This document shows, piece after piece, positions 1 to 7,479 of a stretch of 20,000 bases of DNA. This DNA is from an uncultured virus (IMG/VR IMGVR_UViG_3300027578_000004) (taxonomy: Duplodnaviria; Heunggongvirae; Uroviricota; Caudoviricetes): the IMG/VR virus record IMGVR_UViG_3300027578_000004; one strand, 5' to 3'. Every line of letters begins with the position of its first letter. Within the stretch, counting starts at the first letter, position 1. The notes below the pieces were generated by a model that was given only the letters and a program-made list of their open reading frames with translations, was not told where the DNA came from and did not search any database. A program made the translations under genes and the position numbers.

Positions 1-1379
1 ATCACGACTTTCAACTTATCAACGTCCTTACGTTCAGCGTTAATCATGTAATAGAAATTTACGGTTCCCTTATTAAACAACTTGTTGAAGAAGTTTGTCT
101 TTCTATCGACACCAATATAAATCTTGTTGCCTTCTACCTTTTCAACATAATAAGTGTCAGGAGACCCAATTGCGGTCAAATGAACAGTAATGGTAGATTC
201 ATCAATCAACCAAGTCCAGTAGTCAGGCAAATCAATCGATAATGATTCGGATCTACCACGAACGAACACAGCGTGTTCTGGACCTTCCAGCGTAGCATGA
301 ACGAGTCGTTTCGTTTCATCTTCTTGATGGTCAATAACGAATGACTTTGTAGATGCGGCAAATGAACCTTGGACCTCAAGATTAAACTGAGGGTCCATTA
401 CATCATTGATACCAACTCTACTACCAGTTACGTAAAATACGTTTGTTCCATTTACACTACTTACAACTCTAAAAGGCGCCGAAGAACCACTTGCGATCAA
501 CTGACGTTCAACTACAACGTCTCTGCCAACTGTAACGTCATTTTCGACAGTCAAGTTGTTTAGAACATTGAGATCGTTAACAGTAAGAACATCTTGAACC
601 AACGCCGTTCCAGCCATCAAACTACCAACATCTGCGTTACTAGCACTCAAACTACCACTCAATACCAAACCAGTAGATTTATCTTCCCAAATTCCGTCAG
701 CGGCGTTATAGACTAAGAATGCGCCGTCTGCAGGAGAAGCACTACTACTAATATTGCTTATTTCGTCAATAGTAGTAGGTTGTTTTACGTCAACAAAGAT
801 TGATCCAGTAGTGTTGTTTACACCAGTGATATAACCAACTTTGACCACATCTCTAGGAGCATTTGGACGAATACTAGTATATGAACCAGAAACCGAAGGA
901 CTCACATACAACTCGTCACCAAGAGAAAATCCAGTAGCAGTGTTTAAACCAGTCAAATATCCACTGGTCAAAACATATCCAGTAAATCCAGCTGGTATTG
1001 AATCGTTGACAACACCCAAAATGTCACTGGTAATTGTAGATCCAGGGGTGTGTATTTTGGAAACTGCTAAATCTACAACTATTTGAGAACTTAAATTACT
1101 TCCAATTACACTAACAACTTGGCCTTTAGAGAGTGTGAGTCCAGAACCATTTTGAACCAAAACTAAACTTGGACTAGGAGCTCCTCCGCCATTTAAAGCG
1201 TAAGAAGCACTCAAAGCATATGAAGCAGATTCAACTCTTACAGAAGACGAAGGAATGACTACAGGAAATTTATTTTCATCAAAAGCTAACAAAGACGCAG
1301 TTTGTGGTCGGATAACTTGCTCAGTAAACGAACTACCACTTCTGCGGCTTAATAATAAATCCTTTTCTAAAAAAATCAT
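1..1379 (-). CDS. Tail-fibre/virion structural protein, 3'-truncated by the window edge (>=459 aa, MIFLEKDLLLSRRSG...ERKDVDKLKVV)
   Basis: Absent from the ORF track. I translated it by hand: open from ATG at 1379 to the window edge. It has an SASYALSASYALNGGG motif, Gly/Ser/Thr/Val-rich beta-type repeats, and a C-terminal KSFVIDH...LVHATLEGPEHAVFVRG...LPDYWTWLID...ITVHLTAIG...AERKD domain of the kind seen at the C-termini of T4-like phage fibre/baseplate proteins. TATTTATA lies 12 nt upstream. Confidence 0.75.
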   Translation of the reverse strand, partial: MIFLEKDLLLSRRSGSSFTEQVIRPQTASLLAFDENKFPVVIPSSSVRVESASYALSASYALNGGGAPSPSLVLVQNGSGLTLSKGQVVSVIGSNLSSQIVVDLAVSKIHTPGSTITSDILGVVNDSIPAGFTGYVLTSGYLTGLNTATGFSLGDELYVSPSVSGSYTSIRPNAPRDVVKVGYITGVNNTTGSIFVDVKQPTTIDEISNISSSASPADGAFLVYNAADGIWEDKSTGLVLSGSLSASNADVGSLMAGTALVQDVLTVNDLNVLNNLTVENDVTVGRDVVVERQLIASGSSAPFRVVSSVNGTNVFYVTGSRVGINDVMDPQFNLEVQGSFAASTKSFVIDHQEDETKRLVHATLEGPEHAVFVRGRSESLSIDLPDYWTWLIDESTITVHLTAIGSPDTYYVEKVEGNKIYIGVDRKTNFFNKLFNKGTVNFYYMINAERKDVDKLKVV

Positions 1380-1422
1380 ATCTTAGTCTAATATAAATAT
1401 GAACAGTTCCAGATATATTCAA

Positions 1423-2856
1423 TTAAAATGTTTCATCGACCATAGCAATCGGAACACGACGCCATTCACCGTATGAATATATGTAAAAATAGTTGCCATC
1501 ATAGCTTATCCAACCATCTTCACCATAGTCGGAAGATTTGTATGGAACTTGATGATAATACTTATCTGGAAATCGTTGAAATACTCTAAAAGCAGTGTTT
1601 ATTGGTCGAACTCCGTTAGAATAAACGGGGTTACCATTACAATCGGTTCCACTGATATAAGCCCCACTATTTGGGTCAAAATCAAACACTGCGATAGCTC
1701 TACGCACCCATCCTAGTGGTTTGCGATATACATAAATAAAATATTCATCGTATGCCAACCAGCCATTTTCTCCATAATCCGAGGTCTTTTTTGGAGGTGG
1801 TCTGAACAATACTTTCTCTGTAATTGCTGGTTTGTCGTCTTTTTCAAGGTCTGGTGCTCGTGTTGCAGAGTTGTATTTTACACCCACATTCTTCAAATAA
1901 GAGTATGGATTCTTGATATTTGAATCTTCAACTTGCGACATTTGTTCACCGTTTACAACATAATCAGACACCACAATCTTTCTGGTAGTGAACGTTTTTT
2001 GAGTTGTTGACTTGACACCATCAATAGTTTTTGGCAACAAGTAAGCATTGACAACCAAGTTAAAAGTCGTTTTTACATTTCTGTCTTCACCGGCACCCAA
2101 CTCAACCGTGTTGGTATAGTCATCAACTCTGGTTCTAAATCTGAAATCTCCCACACCCCAATAATCATGTGTAGCAAAATTGATCTTTTCCAATAACTTG
2201 TTGTTTTGATCAACATAATCTGTCCACAAAATACACTCGTAAGTTATAGTAACATGATCTGGCAACGTAACATTGTAGATCTGATTGGTAGGTTTGTTTC
2301 TAAATGGATTGCCCAAATTCAAAATATTGAACTTGTCGTATTTGTTCTTTTGATCAAATTTAGCAACAACTTGATATGACAAATAACGATTCAAAGTCAT
2401 CAAATCTTTATTGTTGCTTACTGTGGCCCTCTTGATCAAAATAGCAGGCAACAAGATTTTACCTTGGTTATCACGCAAAAACCCGTCTCTTCTAACAGCA
2501 TTCCATCTTTCTGGACTTGCATATAAAACTGGAACCTTTACCAATGTTCCGTTGTCCATCACAGTCAAATCAACTCGTTGACTCATGTGGTTGATTATAG
2601 TAGTATCAATGTCAAGAAGAGTTACACTAAAATTCTCGGTCTTGTCTTGATCACGACGAACTGCATTTTCTTTTCTATATGGACCTACCAACGGAATTGC
2701 CGTATTATCGTTAGGCATTGGGACACCAGTATCCTCATTTTGAATGACAGGTCTTCTAATATCAGACAAGTTTGAATTATCTTGTTTGACGTTAGGAGCA
2801 GGGTTGATTCCTTTTCCGTTTTGGCTTTTACCAGTTGGATTACCTTTCCACGACAT
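1423..2856 (-). CDS. gp15: Tail terminator / sheath stabiliser (T4 gp15-like) with a C-terminal extension of two repeats
   Basis: VKVPVLYASPERW, LPAILI and PDHVTITYECILWTDYVDQNNKLLEKI fit the gp15 pattern. It lies directly downstream of gp13- and gp14-like genes. Confidence 0.7.
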   Translation of the reverse strand: MSWKGNPTGKSQNGKGINPAPNVKQDNSNLSDIRRPVIQNEDTGVPMPNDNTAIPLVGPYRKENAVRRDQDKTENFSVTLLDIDTTIINHMSQRVDLTVMDNGTLVKVPVLYASPERWNAVRRDGFLRDNQGKILLPAILIKRATVSNNKDLMTLNRYLSYQVVAKFDQKNKYDKFNILNLGNPFRNKPTNQIYNVTLPDHVTITYECILWTDYVDQNNKLLEKINFATHDYWGVGDFRFRTRVDDYTNTVELGAGEDRNVKTTFNLVVNAYLLPKTIDGVKSTTQKTFTTRKIVVSDYVVNGEQMSQVEDSNIKNPYSYLKNVGVKYNSATRAPDLEKDDKPAITEKVLFRPPPKKTSDYGENGWLAYDEYFIYVYRKPLGWVRRAIAVFDFDPNSGAYISGTDCNGNPVYSNGVRPINTAFRVFQRFPDKYYHQVPYKSSDYGEDGWISYDGNYFYIYSYGEWRRVPIAMVDETF

Positions 2857-2859
2857 AAA

Positions 2860-3426
2860 TTATGTTTGTCTTTCTACCACATTCAACTTACTGAGTCTGC
2901 TGTAGTGTGTATTGCAGATAAAACTCCAAGACTTATCTGGATGACCACCTAAAAATTGTTCTTGAATTACGTTGTCAATTTCATAGAAACGTTCGTTGTA
3001 TAATAACACATCACCAATTTCTGGGAAGAAACCAGTAACGATACAATCACGTTCACGAAACTTGTATACTACACTTTGATTGCGATCTGGTCCGAACCCT
3101 TGGTTATCGTCACCAGTAATATCTTCACGTTGAATCAAAGCGGTCATATTAATTGCTGGATAAAACGCCTTACCAGTGTCAGATGTTGCTTCACCATAGA
3201 TGTTTACTCTAGTTTCAGTCACAGCAACCTTGAACAATTGAACAACACATTCAATTATATCGCCGACCAATTCTGCGTTGATAGAACTAAGAAAGTTCAT
3301 ATCACGACTACTAAAATACCTACCAGGTAAATAATTGGTTCCATAGATACCAATGTCTTTACGACCATTGGTCCAGTATTGAGGAAAATTATTCTGGGGA
3401 TACTGTGGTGTTACTGGGGCTGCCAT
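2860..3426 (-). CDS. gp14: Head closure / neck protein (T4 gp14-like)
   Basis: NIYGEA, FYPAI and FPEIGDVLLYNERFYEIDNV motifs, and its position between gp13 and gp15. Confidence 0.7.
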   Translation of the reverse strand: MAAPVTPQYPQNNFPQYWTNGRKDIGIYGTNYLPGRYFSSRDMNFLSSINAELVGDIIECVVQLFKVAVTETRVNIYGEATSDTGKAFYPAINMTALIQREDITGDDNQGFGPDRNQSVVYKFRERDCIVTGFFPEIGDVLLYNERFYEIDNVIQEQFLGGHPDKSWSFICNTHYSRLSKLNVVERQT

Positions 3427-3429
3427 AGA

Positions 3430-4665
3430 TTATCCTATATAAATGTGAACTGGAACCTTAGACAACATTTTGTTCATTGCCTCAGATTCTTTTTCGGTAT
3501 TCTCCATCTGATTTACTCTCAAAGACTTGTCCAACATGTCTCTAAGTTTTTCAAGAAGATTAGACATTTCATCCTTAGCCTCAGCACGAAGTTCAGCACC
3601 GTCCAAGGTTACTTCACCACCTGGAATTGGAACCGTGCTATACTTCTGCAAAATACGACCAAGTGTTTCTTTACATAGTGCCAAGAAATACTTTTTGATC
3701 CACTGTTTACCAGCTTGATTGATCTTACAATATTGACAATACTCATACGGCACATCACTTGGATCACTAATGTATTCATATCGTGAACCACTAAAGAAGT
3801 TGGTAATGTTCTTGTCACTTTCAACGTAGTAGTCGATGTAGATTCTAAGATCAGTAGTTGGTATTGGGAAAATTCTCAACATGTTGTCACCAGTGATTTG
3901 GAAACCGTAGTGACTCTTACGAACCATGTCGTTGAATTCAATTGCTTGAACACGTTCCAAATCTTCGAAGATAGGAGTCATCAAGAATTGTGTTGCTGGA
4001 CTGTAAGCACTGAATCCCATTTCGCTTAAAACGTTACTATAACTCATACCAGTCATACTGAATGGGTCATAAATACGTGCGATTGCTGGTGGTCTAAAAT
4101 GGAACACTCTACGAACTTCAATACGTGATCCAGTAAGATGTTCAATTTGGTTACCAATAATTTGATTCAAGTCAAACACTTGATGACTATCTTGGGGACC
4201 ACCAAAACTTGCAGATCCAGTTGCCAAGAATGATGCTCTCTTTAACTCTACTTCACCACCAACCAACGCTTCACTACCATATTGTTTGCTTAGTTGGACG
4301 ATAAATGGTATACCGCTACCTTTGACACTGAGACCAGTTAAGTTTTGATACTGGTCTTGTGGTAAACCTTGAACGTTAACCAAATTGTTGACGATGTTGA
4401 ATTCGTTGATTACACGGTTATACTCCAACACAGCTTCTTCAAAACATGCATAAAAGTTGACATCGATCATTTCAATGTCAACGATTGGATAACCTAAACG
4501 TTTTGCTGCCCACATCGCACTACCACTACAATCGTTCTCAAACGTTGTTTCTGTGACAGAACAGTTGGTTTCATCAAGATAATAACCAAAGGGAACACTC
4601 GCAGTAGTAACCGCACTACCTGATCCTGGCCACCTTACTCTATCTTGGTCTAAATTAGCACTCAT
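3430..4665 (-). CDS. gp13: Neck / head-tail adaptor protein (T4 gp13-like)
   Basis: KRLGYPIVDIEM at the N-terminus and WIKKYFLALCKETLGRILQKYSTVPIPGGEVTLDGAEL...PVHIYIG at the C-terminus are hallmark gp13 segments. Confidence 0.85.
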   Translation of the reverse strand: MSANLDQDRVRWPGSGSAVTTASVPFGYYLDETNCSVTETTFENDCSGSAMWAAKRLGYPIVDIEMIDVNFYACFEEAVLEYNRVINEFNIVNNLVNVQGLPQDQYQNLTGLSVKGSGIPFIVQLSKQYGSEALVGGEVELKRASFLATGSASFGGPQDSHQVFDLNQIIGNQIEHLTGSRIEVRRVFHFRPPAIARIYDPFSMTGMSYSNVLSEMGFSAYSPATQFLMTPIFEDLERVQAIEFNDMVRKSHYGFQITGDNMLRIFPIPTTDLRIYIDYYVESDKNITNFFSGSRYEYISDPSDVPYEYCQYCKINQAGKQWIKKYFLALCKETLGRILQKYSTVPIPGGEVTLDGAELRAEAKDEMSNLLEKLRDMLDKSLRVNQMENTEKESEAMNKMLSKVPVHIYIG

Positions 4666-4669
4666 TAAA

Positions 4670-4677
4670 TATAAATA
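4670..4677 (-). promoter_or_regulatory. TATTTATA motif (putative late promoter) upstream of gp13; representative of about 10 copies in the window
   Basis: Exact copies at 1392, 4670, 6445, 9668, 12597 and 13535 (minus) and 17440 (plus). Variants at 3438, 7437, 17399 and 19105 (minus). Confidence 0.65.
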
Positions 4678-4710
4678 TCGGAATCTTCGATATTAGTGCT
4701 AAAATCTACT

Positions 4711-5250
4711 CTATACCAAATTATTACCTTCAAACTTTCGTGGACCACTCAAATCCACAATTTTATACTTAATTGGCATATCTTTTATAGTAGCATAAAC
4801 AGCCTTTATGTTCTTGGGACTGTCGTCAATAAAAAATATGTCGTTGTAACCCTCATTTTCAATTTTATCCTTGATCCAGTTAGCCTTAGCCATAGGATCA
4901 CTAGTTCCAACGGTCACAATAGGTATATTGACTTTAAAATACCTCTGGAGAACGTTTTGTATGTGAGGCTGACTCTCTGGACCTCTCGCAGTCAAAACAA
5001 CGGCAAGACGACCATCTGACCCCGCACTGACTATCTTATAAAACCTCTTGGCTACATTACGAATAACTACGGGATCTATAACCGAGCTAAACTCTGAAAA
5101 ATCAAATTTGTCACCGGGTTGTTGAGTATACACCGCATATTGTGCAGGTGTTAATTTGACAACCGAACCATCTGATTTGGTCAATATTACTTTACCACCA
5201 GTTTCAAAAAGTGTGTCATCAAAATCAAATACTCTTAGTTTCTTGGTCAT
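4711..5250 (-). CDS. HAD-superfamily phosphatase (similar to Pnkp 3'-phosphatase / RNA-repair HAD domains)
   Basis: Motif I VFDFDDTLF, motif II LTAR, motif III K (MAKANW), motif IV FIDDSPKN. Confidence 0.8.
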   Translation of the reverse strand: MTKKLRVFDFDDTLFETGGKVILTKSDGSVVKLTPAQYAVYTQQPGDKFDFSEFSSVIDPVVIRNVAKRFYKIVSAGSDGRLAVVLTARGPESQPHIQNVLQRYFKVNIPIVTVGTSDPMAKANWIKDKIENEGYNDIFFIDDSPKNIKAVYATIKDMPIKYKIVDLSGPRKFEGNNLV

Positions 5251-5378
5251 AGGAATGATTGCGCAATCAACTTATAGTCAGAAACATATGGTTTTGGTTG
5301 TGACTTTTTAACAGCATCCTCCTTCAGTTTCTTTGCCTTGAGAACCTTCTGAAGAGTGTTTTTTACTTTCTCATTCAT
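5247..5378 (-). CDS. Small basic hypothetical protein, 43 aa (MNEKVKNTLQKVLKAKKLKEDAVKKSQPKPYVSDYKLIAQSFL)
   Basis: Below the track length cut-off. It exactly fills the gap: the start overlaps the end of the cupin gene and the stop overlaps the HAD start codon (ATGA). Confidence 0.6.
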   Translation of the reverse strand: MNEKVKNTLQKVLKAKKLKEDAVKKSQPKPYVSDYKLIAQSFL

Positions 5379-5640
5379 ACATTTTTGTAATTTTGACTAC
5401 AAGTTTTCCAGAGCCTTTTATGACTCTGTGATACGTTTCTTTAGGTATAAATATTGAACCCTCCATCAAACACGGAAGATTATTATCCAATTGAACCTCC
5501 CAACCACCATTATTCTCCACAACCTCAACCAAACGGTTTTCTTTATCCAAATGCCACTCTAATTCATGACTATCTATACCAGAATCGAACTCACGAATAT
5601 ATTGATTGTTTCCCAAGCTTGTCTCTGTATAAGGCATCAT
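5371..5640 (-). CDS. Small cupin-fold protein
   Basis: WHLDKENRLVEVV ... IFIPKETYHRVIKG matches the two-motif cupin pattern with conserved His residues. ATGA overlap with the upstream kinase gene. Confidence 0.6.
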   Translation of the reverse strand: MMPYTETSLGNNQYIREFDSGIDSHELEWHLDKENRLVEVVENNGGWEVQLDNNLPCLMEGSIFIPKETYHRVIKGSGKLVVKITKMYE

Positions 5641-6434
5641 ACATTTCTAGGACGCATTGGTTCTATTGTCCTCAGATGCGAATCATCGTCATCAGATTGT
5701 TCTACACTGTCTACCTTCTTTACATTTTTATAGTAATTTTCAATCCATTTTCTACCAATTGGATTTTTTATAGGACTCTTCAAAAAGTCAATCACACTTC
5801 TCAAAACACCTCTATCAATTGGTTCATTGTTCTTTGTTCGATCAACTATTCTAAAGTTGTTACGAAATATGTTTTGAAAATGACCCAAATTATTTTGACA
5901 GCTAAACCACATCTGTGATAACAAATCTTCTGGTATCTTACGAGATCTCTTCGCATTACGTTCCATTGCAACTTGTAAACTAGTGTTGACAAATATCATG
6001 TAACAATCATATCCATGTTGTTCCATAACACGTTTCTTGATTTGTATTGATTCTATACTATCACCAGTTCCATCTATGATAAGTCCTAATTTAGCCTTTC
6101 TATACATGTCTAGTTTTTTTCTTGTGATTCGTTTTGCTTTTTCTCTAGTAGATTGAGGACCAACAGTCAATCGTTCAAACTCTTCTGGACTCAATTTACT
6201 AAAGTCTGTAGATATGTTCATATTATGAAGCATCTTCTCAAACTCGTTATCACTATTGATTACCTTCAAACCATATCGATTTACAGATGAATTGGAAGGT
6301 AAATCAAATAACTCAGTAGCTACAGTGCTTTTTCCACTACCAGGCCCACCAGCCATAAATATACACTTGAGAGTTGATGGATCATCGACACCCTCGGTCA
6401 ATCTATGCTTTTTTAGTAGTTCAAGTAAATTCAT
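5637..6434 (-). CDS. P-loop kinase (AAA_33 / zeta-toxin / polynucleotide-kinase-like)
   Basis: Walker A MAGGPGSGKS, Walker B-like LIIDGTG and lid motif ERNAKR. Confidence 0.8.
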   Translation of the reverse strand: MNLLELLKKHRLTEGVDDPSTLKCIFMAGGPGSGKSTVATELFDLPSNSSVNRYGLKVINSDNEFEKMLHNMNISTDFSKLSPEEFERLTVGPQSTREKAKRITRKKLDMYRKAKLGLIIDGTGDSIESIQIKKRVMEQHGYDCYMIFVNTSLQVAMERNAKRSRKIPEDLLSQMWFSCQNNLGHFQNIFRNNFRIVDRTKNNEPIDRGVLRSVIDFLKSPIKNPIGRKWIENYYKNVKKVDSVEQSDDDDSHLRTIEPMRPRNV

Positions 6435-7432
6435 AATGATTTGATATAAATATCAGTGTCTCTCTTCAATTCATCCTCTGGCACATTATCCAAGTTATCA
6501 CCATACTTCTGTGTCCAATATTGTTTGATCTTACCCAACATTGGTCCTGGCTTTAATTGTGGAAAATTAGCCATCAACCACTCACCACCATATTTGGATT
6601 TAACTGGGGTAAATGATTCAATCTCTTTTTGTTTATCCAACAACATCTGATACTTTTCTGGAAACAACCGCTTCAAGAAATAGTCTGGGTCACTAATCTG
6701 TTTGTGTTTATTCAAACCAATCAATGACTTTCTAATATAATCAGCACTAGGTCTACCAGCTCTAACTCTCTTACGATCACTGTGATTCATAGTTTGACCC
6801 TTATAGTCATCGCTATCAAACATAGGACTACCACTAATAAACTTAACAACATCATCATTGTTTTGTATACTATCGTAATCACCCAATACATCACCATAAC
6901 CAAGTATTTTCAAACCGTCTTTTAGATTCTTAGTAATTAGTATATCGTGATGTCTACCACTTTTATCTACATAAATCTTTTGAAAACCTGTAGTAGCATA
7001 CTTGTAACCATTTTGTCTAGCCATTACACCCAATATACCACTAAAGTCTCCTAGTGCTAAATAAGTCTTTTGTGCGTCAAAGTCATCGTCTGTATCCGCA
7101 TACAGAAAGTCTACATGAACATCCTTACCCAAATCAGACTTGTAAAGAACACTATAGATATTTCCGTTACGACTATAATCCTTTACCTTATTACCCAAAT
7201 TAGATAACAACGTGTTCTTGATATCACCAGACGATCCTGTCAACACAATATCAATATCACCATGATCTTGTTTGGATGGTAGTGATTTACTCAATTCAAA
7301 CTTGCTAAAACTATTACCCAGTTGATTCTTGAGTTCGTCAAAAACACTGTTCATTTCAGATGTAGTAATTCTACTGGCTCTACTACCAAATAGTTTGCCG
7401 CCCTCTTTCAATAAATCCATTAACTTGATCAT
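6431..7432 (-). CDS. Pol-beta-superfamily nucleotidyltransferase
   Basis: KQDHGDIDIVL (GD-x-D catalytic pair) and a third Asp in VHVDFL. The C-terminal GGEWLM...LKPGPMLGKIK resembles the tail of CCA-adding/poly(A) polymerase enzymes. Confidence 0.65.
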   Translation of the reverse strand: MIKLMDLLKEGGKLFGSRASRITTSEMNSVFDELKNQLGNSFSKFELSKSLPSKQDHGDIDIVLTGSSGDIKNTLLSNLGNKVKDYSRNGNIYSVLYKSDLGKDVHVDFLYADTDDDFDAQKTYLALGDFSGILGVMARQNGYKYATTGFQKIYVDKSGRHHDILITKNLKDGLKILGYGDVLGDYDSIQNNDDVVKFISGSPMFDSDDYKGQTMNHSDRKRVRAGRPSADYIRKSLIGLNKHKQISDPDYFLKRLFPEKYQMLLDKQKEIESFTPVKSKYGGEWLMANFPQLKPGPMLGKIKQYWTQKYGDNLDNVPEDELKRDTDIYIKSL

Positions 7433-7479
7433 AGACTATAATTAGATCCACACACTCGACTCACTGATGATTTAATCAA

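Noticed and set aside
5446..5453. Extra TATTTATA copy inside the cupin gene
   Set aside because: It lies about 67 nt from the next start and within coding sequence (IFI codons); it may be chance in AT-rich DNA.
5637..7432. Kinase plus nucleotidyltransferase as a classical toxin-antitoxin or CBASS locus
   Set aside because: There is no recognisable antitoxin, CD-NTase-specific signature or effector. The late phage context and leader peptides argue for a different role, though this is not formally excluded.
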